Source: an uncultured Armatimonadia bacterium | GTDB lineage: Bacteria; Armatimonadota; Zipacnadia; CAVVLO01 | Length of the DNA: 64,000 bases | Assembly (NCBI GenBank): GCA_963749155.1 | Contig: CAVVLO010000001.1 | Span: forward strand, 544,001-608,000 | Reading direction: 5' to 3' | Shown here: in pieces, positions 42,586 to 52,285 of the stretch | How the letters are laid out: each line of letters begins with the position of its first letter | Numbering within the stretch: position 1 is the stretch's first letter | Notes under the pieces: model-generated | The model's input: the letters and a program-made list of their open reading frames with translations, nothing else | Database searches by the model: none | Told to the model about the DNA's origin: nothing | Made by a program: the position numbers and the translations under genes

Positions 42586-43665
42586 TCGCCCGATATGGCC
42601 GAGTGAGTCTTCCTCCGAGCCAGAGCTTGCTTGTAAAGCCAGTATGAGAACCCCTTGAGTATCTTGTCGCGCTCTCCGAGATAGGTCAGGAACTTCGCCC
42701 CGAAGCCTTCTTTGAAGCGATTCAGGCCTGCCAGCGGGTCATCATCGGCGGGTTCTGGTTGCTGAGAGACCCCCCGGAAGTTGTATAAAGTAGACCCGGC
42801 GTCTTTGGCAGCCTCGATCAGCTGCCATTGCATCAGATGGTTGGGCATCAGATTGCGCGAGTCATTGGCCGAGGCGCCGTAGAGATACCAGGTTTGGTCG
42901 CCAAATACCACTGAGAGCGCCCCTGCGAGGAGTTGTCCCTCAAATTCGGTCAGCCAGAGGGTCGCGCGTCCAGGCTTCACCAGCAGTTCGAAAAAAGAAT
43001 CGAAATAACTTTTCGCACGGACGCCAAAACTGTCGCGCTGGGCGGTGATGCGGAGCAATTCGTAGAAACGACCCATATCCGACTCGGCAAGAGAAGTCCG
43101 TACTTCGACCCCCTTTACGCTGGGCAAGTCGTATGTTGTAACGCCATTTGGGCTTGCACCCGGCAAGCAGGTCGTCAAGAGAGGGCTCAAGGGGCAGCAC
43201 CATAACCGAGCGCGGTTGCAATCCGCCGAAGCCGGTGGGGAAGGAAACATCTTTCCAGGCACTTGCCTCCAGAGCAAGCCTGGCAGTTTCTGCGGCCGGA
43301 TCGTCCAGAGGCACCTCAGGATCGGTCTTGAGCAGGAAGGCTTTCTCGCGCCGGGCGATGAGTTCGAGCCCCGAGAGCAACGCGGCGGCTTCAGCGCCAT
43401 CGCCCCAGTTGCCGCAAGGCCCGCCAGGACAGTAGGCGATGGTGTGGCCGAATCGCGAAAGAGCGCGTAGCAATAAGGTCGCCGCTGCGCAAGGCGTCTC
43501 GTCTCTCACCAGCAGGAAGCGCTCTGCGCGCCAGCCAGTGGTGGACTTTAGCTCTCCCCATTCCCAGGATTGCAGGAAACTCGCCCACGGACTGGCCTGG
43601 GCAACGCGGTTATATTCCTCCCGCGAGGCCGCAGGGCGCAGGCTGTAAGGCGCCGCCAGCATCAC
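42582..43665 (-). CDS. FemAB/FemX/MurM-type peptidoglycan bridge aminoacyltransferase; +1 frameshift in G-run near 43110
   Basis: FLQSWEWGELK..GW, KWRYNIRLAQRKG|VEV, YLYGAS, GLNRFKEGFG. Confidence 0.87.
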
Positions 43666-45911
43666 TCGGTAGTTTCCTCCGGCAGGGGCTCTTTATACCC
43701 GCAGGGCTTGCTTGAACAGGCGAGCAAAACGCCAGTCTTGGTGATTTTCTTGCCCATCAGCGAGCCACATTCGGGACAGCGTTTCTCGGTTGGCTCATCC
43801 CACATCGCAAAATCGCAGTCAGGGTATTTGCTGCAACCCCAAAACACTTTGCCCTTGCGGCTTGTGCGCTTTATCAGCGCGCCCTCGCACCCCTCGCGAG
43901 GACAGGGGATGCCAGTATCGACCTGCTCCTTGGCCTGCTTCAATATAAATTTACACTCGGGATAGTTGGAACAGGCGACGAAAGGCCCGTAGCGCCCGCG
44001 TTTACGCACCAGGTTCGCGCCGCACTGGGGGCAAACGCCCAAGGCTTCAGGTTGCTCAGCTTCCCCTTCCGCCTCGTCAAGGTTCTCGGTGTAGCGACAT
44101 TCAGGATAATTCGAGCAAGAGAGGAACTTCCCATATCTCCCGGCTCGAATCACCAGTTCCTTGCCGCACTGGGGGCAAGGTTTACCGGTCGGTTCAGGGG
44201 CTGCTTTGGTGCGCTCCATATTCTCATGGGCCGCATCCAGAGCTTTACTGAAGTCCTCCCAGAAATTTTGCACCAGCTTGAGCCAGTCCTCGGAGCCTTC
44301 CTCCACATCGTCCAGCTTGTGCTCAAGGGCGGCGGTAAAATCGTAATCCATAATGTTGGCGAAATGCTTCTCGAGCTGCTCGGTTACTTCGCGTCCAAGC
44401 GGGGTAGGCAGCAATTGGCGCTTCTCCCGGGCAACATATTCACGTTCCTGGATGGTATCCAGAATTGGCGCATAGGTGCTGGGACGGCCTATGCCGCGCT
44501 CCTCAAGGGCTCTGACAAGCGTGCCTTCGCTATAGCGGGCCGGCGGCTTGGTGAAATGCTGGTCACCATGAAGCTTCTTAAGGTTAAGTGGTTGTTCAGC
44601 CGCAAGTGGAGGTAGCGGTTGCTCGACAGGCTTCTCCTCACCGTTTTCCAGTTCCTGTTCCTGATACACCTGGGTAAATCCAGCGAAGGTCAGTTTCGAT
44701 GCGGTGGCGCGGAAAATCGCGCGCTTGCCCGCGGCAACATCGACCGTGGTGACTTCGCTAACGGAAGGGGCCATCTGGCTGGCCAGGAAACGCTGCCAGA
44801 TCAGCTCGTAAAGCTTGGCTTCGTCTTCTTTGAGGTAGGGCTGCAGCTTCTCGGGCGTATTGGTTACATCCGAGGGCCGGATTGCCTCGTGGGCGTCCTG
44901 AGCGCCAGCGGCCTGCTTGCCGCGCGCGCCTGGCCCGACGAACTGCTTGCCAAAAGTTGCTTCAATATAACTTGTGGCTGCCTCTTTGGCTTCGTTTGAT
45001 ATGCGAGTCGAATCGGTACGCATATAAGTGATAAGTCCGGCAGTGCCGTCGGGCAAATCCACACCCTCGTAGAGGCGCTGGGCGACGGCCATAGTGCGAC
45101 GCGGGCTCCAGCCAAAAGCGCGGCCTGCCTGTTGCTGAAGGGTACTGGTGATGAAAGGCGGGGCTGGAGTACGTTTCTTGCTGGATACTTTGACCGATTT
45201 CACTGCATACGGCGCCTCTGAAAGCTCCTTCTGCAAGGCGCCCGCTTCATCGGTGGTGCCAACTACCGCCTTCTTGCCGTCCAGCAGAGCAAGCTCTGCC
45301 TCGAACTCTTGCCCCTTCTCGGTAGCGAGCAGGGCGTGGAGGCTCCAATATTCGACAGGGACGAAATTCTCTATCTCTTTTTCGCGATCAACGACCAGCC
45401 TGACCGCTACCGACTGGACTCGACCCGCGCTCAGATTGGCTTTGATTTTACGCCAAAGCAGAGGGCTAAGCTGATAGCCCACAAGGCGATCCAGTACGCG
45501 CCGAGCCTGCTGGGCATCAACAAGGGGCTGGTGCAGCGGGCGGGGATTCTCAAGAGCCTGCTTGATAGCAGTCTCGGTTATCTCATTGAAATCAAGTTTA
45601 AGAGGAGCTTTGATGCGCAGCGCCTTGGCCAGATGCCAGGCAATGGCTTCTCCTTCGCGGTCAGGGTCGGAAGCAAAATAGACCTGGTCGGCTTTCTCGG
45701 CGGCTTTCTTAAGCTTCTCGACTACTTTCTTTTTGTCGTCCATCACAACATAGCGAGGGGTGAAATCGCCATTGACCTGCACACCGAGACGGTTCTTGGG
45801 CAAATCCCGGACATGACCCATACTGGCCTGGACATCGTAATCCTTACCCAGGAACCGTTTGATGGTCTTGGTTTTGGCTGGTGACTCTACAATAATCAAG
45901 CCTTTGGGCAT
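43662..45911 (-). CDS. topA: DNA topoisomerase I with C-terminal Zn ribbons
   Basis: LIIVESPAK, DPDREGEAI, SAGRVQS, GLITYMRTDS, GIGRPSTY; repeated CPxC...CSNYPEC. Confidence 0.97.
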   Translation of the reverse strand: MPKGLIIVESPAKTKTIKRFLGKDYDVQASMGHVRDLPKNRLGVQVNGDFTPRYVVMDDKKKVVEKLKKAAEKADQVYFASDPDREGEAIAWHLAKALRIKAPLKLDFNEITETAIKQALENPRPLHQPLVDAQQARRVLDRLVGYQLSPLLWRKIKANLSAGRVQSVAVRLVVDREKEIENFVPVEYWSLHALLATEKGQEFEAELALLDGKKAVVGTTDEAGALQKELSEAPYAVKSVKVSSKKRTPAPPFITSTLQQQAGRAFGWSPRRTMAVAQRLYEGVDLPDGTAGLITYMRTDSTRISNEAKEAATSYIEATFGKQFVGPGARGKQAAGAQDAHEAIRPSDVTNTPEKLQPYLKEDEAKLYELIWQRFLASQMAPSVSEVTTVDVAAGKRAIFRATASKLTFAGFTQVYQEQELENGEEKPVEQPLPPLAAEQPLNLKKLHGDQHFTKPPARYSEGTLVRALEERGIGRPSTYAPILDTIQEREYVAREKRQLLPTPLGREVTEQLEKHFANIMDYDFTAALEHKLDDVEEGSEDWLKLVQNFWEDFSKALDAAHENMERTKAAPEPTGKPCPQCGKELVIRAGRYGKFLSCSNYPECRYTENLDEAEGEAEQPEALGVCPQCGANLVRKRGRYGPFVACSNYPECKFILKQAKEQVDTGIPCPREGCEGALIKRTSRKGKVFWGCSKYPDCDFAMWDEPTEKRCPECGSLMGKKITKTGVLLACSSKPCGYKEPLPEETTE

Positions 45912-46029
45912 CAGCAACTCCTCTTGCTCGCTAGGACTAATCGGGGCATTGTAAACATACCAAGAAAATATGCGCAAGGGGAAAGGAGTTTCGAAGGGGG
46001 CCGCGAACCTCATAACGACGCGGCTCAGG

Positions 46030-46058
46030 TTGACCACAAGGCATATGCGTGGTAAAGT
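46030..46058 (+). promoter_or_regulatory. Sigma70-type promoter
   Basis: TTGACC-17bp-TAAAGT with extended TG. Confidence 0.55.
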
Positions 46059-46133
46059 TCTACCAGGTTTGAGCAAGTCGTCGTTATTGTTGTTTTCTAT
46101 ACAGTTTGCCTGCTATTCGAGGGGGGAGGCCCG

Positions 46134-47960
46134 ATGATGCCTGCTCACCGTAAGCTAAGGTCGGCAGTGGTATGGATGGGACTACTGGCGTTCTGGCTGG
46201 TATTGTCCTGGCAGTGCGCTTTTGCTGCTCCAACCGATCCGGAAGTAATTTTCACCTCGCCCACAATGGGAGCAACCGTCTCAGGCAGCAATGTGCTGGT
46301 TCAGATTAGTTACAAGAGCCGCACCAATCTGCCTATCGAACACCTTGAGGTGTACGTGGACGGCGCTATCCAGCTTGGGCAGGATTTATCTCAACCCAAG
46401 CTCGAGGGGACCGCGGCCTTCTACTGGAACACAGTGGGACTGGCCAATGCGATGCACGCGCTCAGCGCCAAAGTGTACGATGGGGCCAACAACCTGGGTG
46501 TTGCTACTTTGCAGGTCTATGTTGCCAACTCGGCCGCGGATATGCTGGCGCCTAGCGTGGCTCTGTACGAGCCTGCTCCCAATTCAATCGTGTCGGGCAA
46601 GGTAAATGTCGGCGTCGAGGCCTCTGACGATACCGGCATCAAGTATGTGCTGGTTTACGTCAACGACAAGCTTGAGTTCCTGAAGAACTACAAGCCCTAT
46701 ACCCATGTCTGGGACACCTCCGAACTTGCCAATGGCGAGTATGTGCTGGTCGCCGAAGCTTATGACACCAGCGAAAACAAGACCACTTCGCCTGAAGTGC
46801 GCGTAATCGTAAACAACCCCGGCGGCGAGACAGTGATGCCGGTTGCTTCAGTAATGACCCCTGGCACTGCAGCCGCCTCTGGAATCGATTATGCCCTGGC
46901 GCCTTCGATGAGCGCGGGGCTGGGACCCCAGCCAGGCGCACTGACTCCGGCGCCTGTGGAAATGCCGCTTCCAGCGGTAGAGACTTCGCCTTCGGCTGTA
47001 AGCGCGACTTCGACAGCTACCGCGCAGCCTGCCGCGCCAACACTTGAGATACCCGATGTGGTCATCGCTTCGGTCGCCAAGCCGACCGCAGTGCCACTTT
47101 CCTCAGACCCAAGCCTGGATGGCGCCCCGAGCGTACCCCAGCTTGCGCCTTCCAGCATCGAAGTCGTCACGAAGACGATGAGTGGCTCGGACCAGGAAGC
47201 TGTCAGCACCGCCAAGCAGCAAGGGGCGGCTGCCGCAGTCATCACTCCGACAAGTCAGACGGTCACCGCCGACAACGCGGATGGCGTGATCTCGGCCACA
47301 GGTTCGACTTCCTCAACCGGTGAAGTGCTGGTCGCTGTAAGGCCATCGGTGGAGACCAAGCCCGCCTCGGCCATCACGCGGCCTGGCACGAAGCCAGCAG
47401 GGGGCGCTACGGTAGCGCTGCAGCACAAGACTGGCGCGCAGCCCGTTGCCGCTGACCTGGCCCGCACCCATCTCGTGCAGCGGGGAGAGACGTTGTATGG
47501 CATCTCCACGCGTTATGGGTACAGCGTGAGCGAAGTTGCCAGGCTTAACCATCTAAGCCCGAATACCAAGCTGAAGACTGGCGCGAATCTGGTCATCCCG
47601 CCCGCGAGGCACAAAGTGTTCTTCAAGGGCGACGCCATCAGCTTCGACGTGGATCCAGTAGTGACAGATCCGGGCATCTCGCTTGCGCCTTTCCGCCAGA
47701 TCTTCGAGCATTACGGGGGCGTGCTGTTCTGGTTCCCCGACGAGAAGCGCGTACAGGCAGTGGCCGAGGACAAGCAGATCGAGCTGACAATCGGTAGCCG
47801 CAAGGCGACTGTCAATGACCAGGAGCTATTGCTTCAGGTGGCGGCGTTCATCAAGGAAGGCCGCACGATGGTGCCGCTGAGGTTTGTCGGCGAGGCGCTG
47901 GATGTCACCGTCCAGTTTGACGCCGAGAGTGGCAACGTTTATCTGAAAGCCAACCAGTAG
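46134..47960 (+). CDS. Secreted envelope protein: 2 Ig-like domains, P/A/T/S-rich linker, LysM, copper-amine-oxidase N-terminal (stalk) domain
   Basis: Signal peptide ending AFA; WNT/WDT..LANG Ig-like repeats; HLVQRGETLYGIS LysM; GRTMVPLRFVGEAL stalk motif. Confidence 0.83.
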   Translation: MMPAHRKLRSAVVWMGLLAFWLVLSWQCAFAAPTDPEVIFTSPTMGATVSGSNVLVQISYKSRTNLPIEHLEVYVDGAIQLGQDLSQPKLEGTAAFYWNTVGLANAMHALSAKVYDGANNLGVATLQVYVANSAADMLAPSVALYEPAPNSIVSGKVNVGVEASDDTGIKYVLVYVNDKLEFLKNYKPYTHVWDTSELANGEYVLVAEAYDTSENKTTSPEVRVIVNNPGGETVMPVASVMTPGTAAASGIDYALAPSMSAGLGPQPGALTPAPVEMPLPAVETSPSAVSATSTATAQPAAPTLEIPDVVIASVAKPTAVPLSSDPSLDGAPSVPQLAPSSIEVVTKTMSGSDQEAVSTAKQQGAAAAVITPTSQTVTADNADGVISATGSTSSTGEVLVAVRPSVETKPASAITRPGTKPAGGATVALQHKTGAQPVAADLARTHLVQRGETLYGISTRYGYSVSEVARLNHLSPNTKLKTGANLVIPPARHKVFFKGDAISFDVDPVVTDPGISLAPFRQIFEHYGGVLFWFPDEKRVQAVAEDKQIELTIGSRKATVNDQELLLQVAAFIKEGRTMVPLRFVGEALDVTVQFDAESGNVYLKANQ

Positions 47961-47982
47961 GCTCCTCTGGCAAGTTGAACCG

Positions 47983-48016
47983 ACGGCCCGGAGCCCAGGC
48001 TCCGGGCCGTTTTATT
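47983..48016 (+). terminator. Intrinsic terminator
   Basis: acggcccggagc/gctccgggccgt 12-bp stem plus TTTATT. Confidence 0.85.
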
Positions 48017-48062
48017 AGGTATGGTCCGGCAAGGCGAGGCACTGGCCAAAGGGCGCGGCAAG

Positions 48063-48091
48063 TTGACTTGCGCTTGCCTCGCAAGTATCAT
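48063..48091 (+). promoter_or_regulatory. Sigma70-type promoter with inverted repeat in spacer
   Basis: TTGACT-17bp-TATCAT; CTTGCG...CGCAAG palindrome spans the spacer. Confidence 0.65.
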
Positions 48092-48131
48092 AGGCCGATG
48101 TTTCGCCAGCCCCAGCTTCGGAGGATTCCCG

Positions 48132-48986
48132 ATGTTTACCCTGGGCATAATCAACGATGAACTGTCGCAAGATCTGGAATATACCGCAGAGGCCCTCGAG
48201 GCCCACGGGGTAGGTTTCATCGAACTGCGCAGCCTGTGGGGCAAGAGCATCGTCGACCTTGATGAACGCGAGGTCGAACGAGCCCGCCAGGTGCTGGCAG
48301 CCCACAAGCTGACAGTAACCTCGATTGCCTCACCTGTATTGAAATGCAAGCTGCATCCTGACAAGAAAGCAGCGCATGGCGATGTCTTTCAGAAAGATAT
48401 ATCGGACTATGAGAAGCACCTGGGAGTCTTCGCAGCGGCTATCCGCATGGCCAAAGCCTTCGAGACGCCTGTCATACGGGGATTTGCCTTCTGGCGAGAG
48501 GGCGATCTGGCGCCTGTGCTGGACGAGATAGCCCAGAAGCTTGAACCCTTCCTCCAGATGGCGGCGGACGAAGAGGTGCTTTTTGCTTTGGAAAACGAAC
48601 ACGCTTGCGCCGTTGGCTCAGGCAGCGAGACCCGGATGCTTTTGGACAAGCTGCCTCACCCAAATCTTAAAGTCGTGTGGGATCCTGGCAACGCGGCTCT
48701 GCTCGAGCAGGAGCCTTCCTTCCCAGAGGGTTATGAACTGGTCAAAGATCAGATGGTGCATATGCACCTCAAAGACCCAAAGAAGGATGCCACTGGAAAG
48801 TGGCGCTTCACTTTGATTGGCGAAGGCGTCATTGGTTATAGGGACCACTTTGTTCAGTTGATAAAAGACGGGTACGAGGGCAATGTAAGCCTCGAGACCC
48901 ACTTCAAGATCGAAGGCGAGAAGCCCGAACAGGGCACCCTTAATTGTATCAAGGCGACCCAGCGGCTTATGGCTGAACTGGGCTAG
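48132..48986 (+). CDS. Sugar phosphate isomerase/epimerase (xylose isomerase-like TIM barrel)
   Basis: LGIINDELSQD, LENEH, WDPGN, HMHLKD, SLETH; GGAGG RBS. Confidence 0.85.
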   Translation: MFTLGIINDELSQDLEYTAEALEAHGVGFIELRSLWGKSIVDLDEREVERARQVLAAHKLTVTSIASPVLKCKLHPDKKAAHGDVFQKDISDYEKHLGVFAAAIRMAKAFETPVIRGFAFWREGDLAPVLDEIAQKLEPFLQMAADEEVLFALENEHACAVGSGSETRMLLDKLPHPNLKVVWDPGNAALLEQEPSFPEGYELVKDQMVHMHLKDPKKDATGKWRFTLIGEGVIGYRDHFVQLIKDGYEGNVSLETHFKIEGEKPEQGTLNCIKATQRLMAELG

Positions 48987-49017
48987 GACGCTTTATCCGG
49001 CAGGAGGCAGTTCAGAG

Positions 49018-50523
49018 ATGTCGTTGCTCACAATGCGCGATTCGATGAAACACTGGCTTAAATGGGGCATCATTGCCTTTTTGGTTATCTTCACTATTTC
49101 CATCTTCTTCGGTTATATGAGCTATGACCTGAAATCAGGCGGAAGCTCACTGCCCAAGAATATGGTCGAAGTAAACGGAGTCGAGCTTTCGCGAGAGAGC
49201 TGGATGCAAGCGGTAGCAGCCAAGGAAGAACAATACGACCAGAAGATGCGTTACAGCGGCGGCGCCCCGATGCTGAACAAGGTGCCGGACATCTGGCTGC
49301 AAACACTGGACGAGTTCGCTGAAGGGGTTGCGCTTGACCAGGCTATCAAAGAGCGCAAGCTGAAGGTCAGCAAGGACGAACTCGAAGCCGAACTGACCAA
49401 GCAGGTTGAGGACACCATCCAGGCCAGATGGCCAGAGCCGACCAAACTGCGCCAATATCTCGTCAGGAAAGGTATGGACGAGAAGAAGCTGCGCAAGGAG
49501 CTACGCGCGGCTATCAGCCCCGAGATGCTGAAGCAGCAGATGCTAATGGAAAAGCTAAGGGCTGAAGTAACTGCCGAATCGTCTCCTACCGAAGCCGATT
49601 TGAAAGCCAGTTACGACACCGCCACCGTGCTTTACATACGCATTCCGGGCGAGGGACAACCTAACGCGCCCGAGGGTGTTACCCCAGAAGCGGTCCAGAA
49701 GAAGGTAGACGCGGTGCAGGCAGGACTTGCCGCCAAGAAACCTTTCGAAGCGCTTGCCAAAGAGTATTCCGCAGATCCACCCAGTCCAGTGCCTTTCAAG
49801 CGCGGGCAGACCATCCCCGAGTTTGACAAGGCGGTCTTCGCGGCCAAGCCGGGCGAGGTTGGCGGCCCCCTGGATACCAAATTCGGCAAGTTCTTCTACA
49901 AGCTGATAAGCATCAAATCCGAGATCCCGAAAGATTTTGAGACGAATAAGGCCCAGTTGCTTTCGCAGTATGCCGAAGAGCAGAAGACCAAGGCCTGGGA
50001 CTTGTTCAGCGCCGAGGTAAAGGACAAGGCCGAGGTAAAGATTGAAGATCCCTTGCTTGCAGGTTTCAGGGCTATCTCCAAACAAGATATGACCAATGCC
50101 AAGTTGCACTTCGAAAAGGCGGCTGAAGTTTATGCGCAATGGCCGACCTATGAGGCTGTCGCTACTGGCTGGCTTGGGCGAATTGCGGAGCTGGCTTTCG
50201 ACTGGCAGACCGCGGTCAAGTATTACCAGCAAGCTGTAGAGGCAGGGGGAGACGCTACTCTCTACATCCAGCTTGGGCTTGCCTTACTGGAAACGGGTGA
50301 CAAGAAAGGGGCGAAAGATGCCTTCGTCACCGCTTCGGAGCTAGGCACTACCGAACCCAACCTCCATATGCAGCTTGCGGGTATCTACCGAGATAAACTG
50401 AAGGATGAGGCCGCGGCCAAACAGGAAGACAAGCTGGCCGAGAAAGCTTTTGACGAGCTGTTCGGCACGCCTGAGACTGCTACACCTGCTCCAGCTCCAG
50501 CGGGTAAGCCAGCCCCGCAGTAG
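49018..50523 (+). CDS. Membrane-anchored SurA/PpiD-like parvulin chaperone with C-terminal TPR repeats
   Basis: N-terminal TM, SurA-like helical domain, FEALAKEYS.D...PEFDKAVF...GPLDTKFG rotamase, TPR-like helices. Confidence 0.8.
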   Translation: MSLLTMRDSMKHWLKWGIIAFLVIFTISIFFGYMSYDLKSGGSSLPKNMVEVNGVELSRESWMQAVAAKEEQYDQKMRYSGGAPMLNKVPDIWLQTLDEFAEGVALDQAIKERKLKVSKDELEAELTKQVEDTIQARWPEPTKLRQYLVRKGMDEKKLRKELRAAISPEMLKQQMLMEKLRAEVTAESSPTEADLKASYDTATVLYIRIPGEGQPNAPEGVTPEAVQKKVDAVQAGLAAKKPFEALAKEYSADPPSPVPFKRGQTIPEFDKAVFAAKPGEVGGPLDTKFGKFFYKLISIKSEIPKDFETNKAQLLSQYAEEQKTKAWDLFSAEVKDKAEVKIEDPLLAGFRAISKQDMTNAKLHFEKAAEVYAQWPTYEAVATGWLGRIAELAFDWQTAVKYYQQAVEAGGDATLYIQLGLALLETGDKKGAKDAFVTASELGTTEPNLHMQLAGIYRDKLKDEAAAKQEDKLAEKAFDELFGTPETATPAPAPAGKPAPQ

Positions 50524-50546
50524 GTCCCAGGCTCGGGAGGTGCGGT

Positions 50547-52098
50547 TTGTCCCGGCAGAATACGAGAGAACAAGAAGCCCTGGTCGGTGATCGAGCCGGC
50601 CAGGGCTTGCTAGTTTGGGCAGTCGTCGGCTGCTGGCTGGCGCTGGCAGTTTTGATATTGCTTGTCAGGCAGTTTCCTGCTGACTATTATTACCACCTCC
50701 GACTAGGGCAACTTGTCTGGGAAGAGCATCGCATCCCTACTCGAGATATCTTCTCCTACACCGCGGCAGGTTATCCCGCTTATCCTCATGAGTGGCTGGC
50801 AGACGTGGCGATGTACCTGCTCAACAGCAAGAGCCATCTGTTGCTGTTTGTGCTGCTGAAGCTGGTGGCGCCTTTGGTGGCGCTTGCACTGGTCGCCTGG
50901 CAGAGTTACAAGCGCTGTGGCTCCTGGGTGGCCGTCACGGCGGCTGGACTGGTAGCGCTTTTGCTGCTGCGCTCTCACGCCGATGTGCGCCCTCTTACGC
51001 TCTCCTGGATACTCATCGCACTTTTCTACTGGGTTTTAATGGGGGGAGAGAAACCATCTCGCTGGCTCTGGGTCTTGCCTCCGCTGGCGTTGCTGTGGGC
51101 GAATCTCCACGGGTCGGCGCCGATGGGACTGGCGCTCGTTCGGGCTGGCTTTCCTGGTTGCCCTCTGGCGATACAGTCAGGCTCGCCACCAGAGCGAAGA
51201 AGCTGCTGCTCAGTATTTATCTGGGTTGAAGCAACTTGCTTTGGCAGGCTTTGCGACTGCGGCCTGCCTTTCGATAAATCCCCAGGGGCCCGGCATCTTG
51301 CTGTATCCACTCAAGATATCAGGCAACCGGGAGGCGATGGATTTTATCCTGGAGTGGCAATCGCCAAATTTCCACGATGCGGCTACCCGGCCTTTACTGG
51401 CAGGCCTTTTACTCACACTAGTGACTTTCGCCTTCGCGCGCAAAAGGCCCCAGGAGTATCTGCTTGCGCCGTTGCTCCTGGTAATGGTGCTTAGCTCTCA
51501 GAGGCATGGCCCTCTGATGGGACTGCTGCTGGCGCCAATGTGGGCGGAGGGGCTTGTTGCAATCTGGAATCAGTCTAGTGGCGCGCTTGGTCCAGCCCAG
51601 CAGAAGCGGCTGCTGACCTGGCTAATGATCGCTTTGCTGGTTTGCGGGGGGGCGCTTGCTTACAAACTGGATGCCTGGTTGCTGGAGACGCCAGCCAAGC
51701 AGGAGGCGCTAGAGTGCCAGGAGTTGTTTCCCGTGCAGGCTTGCGACTGGCTGGCCAAGGTAAAACTGCCTGGCAATGGCTTCAATATGTATCATTGGGG
51801 TGGTTATGTCATCTACAGGCTGTGGCCCGAGGTGCGAGTCTTCGTTGATGGGCGGGCCGATGTCTTCTACACCACCTCGATGAAGGATTATATAGCAATC
51901 CACAAAGGCGCCTGTTATTGGCAAAGCTCACTGGACAAGTGGGAAGTGGACTGGGCGCTACTTGAAAACTACCATGTGCCAGTCACCTTGATGGAGCTGA
52001 GTCCGACCTGGCGGCGAGTGTATTTCGATGGGCTTGCGGTCATCTACGTGAGGAGTGGGTCACCGGCAGACCTGGCAGCCAGCCGGGCCGGTTACTAA
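50547..52098 (+). CDS. Polytopic membrane protein, probable GT-C-type glycosyltransferase-like; +1 frameshift near 51141
   Basis: DYYYHLRLG...P..D.FSYT...HEWL, LWANLHG, EWQSPNF, WGGY...VFVDGRAD; removing one C restores a hydrophobic frame. Confidence 0.65.
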
Positions 52099-52124
52099 AA
52101 AAGCCGCTCCCGAGGGAGCGGCTT
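52097..52124 (-). terminator. Intrinsic terminator downstream of tRNA-Asp
   Basis: aagccgctcc/ggagcggctt stem with T6 on the minus strand. Confidence 0.85.
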
Positions 52125-52136
52125 CATTGGCTTGGA

Positions 52137-52214
52137 TGGCGAGCCCGAGGGGACTTGAACCCACGACCTCCAGGTTGACAGCCTGGCGCTCTAACCAAAC
52201 TGAGCTACGGGCCC
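52137..52214 (-). tRNA. tRNA-Asp(GTC)
   Basis: Reverse complement GGGCCCG..ccagg-ctGTCaa-cctgg..GGTTCAAGTCC..CGGGCTC-G-CCA. Confidence 0.96.
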
Positions 52215-52225
52215 GCGCGCCGAAA

Positions 52226-52254
52226 AATATAACAGATGGCGCGGGGCTTGTAAA
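52226..52254 (-). promoter_or_regulatory. Promoter of tRNA-Asp
   Basis: TTTACA-17bp-TATATT with extended TG on the minus strand. Confidence 0.7.
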
Positions 52255-52285
52255 GGGCCTCCGGAGCGCCAAAGCAAGATTCGTA

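Noticed and set aside
45912..46076. 55-aa N-terminal extension of TopA in the ORF track (similar extensions for mlaE, mlaF, pyrB, pyrK, pyrD)
   Set aside because: Longest-ORF artefacts; downstream starts have RBSs and match the family N-termini.
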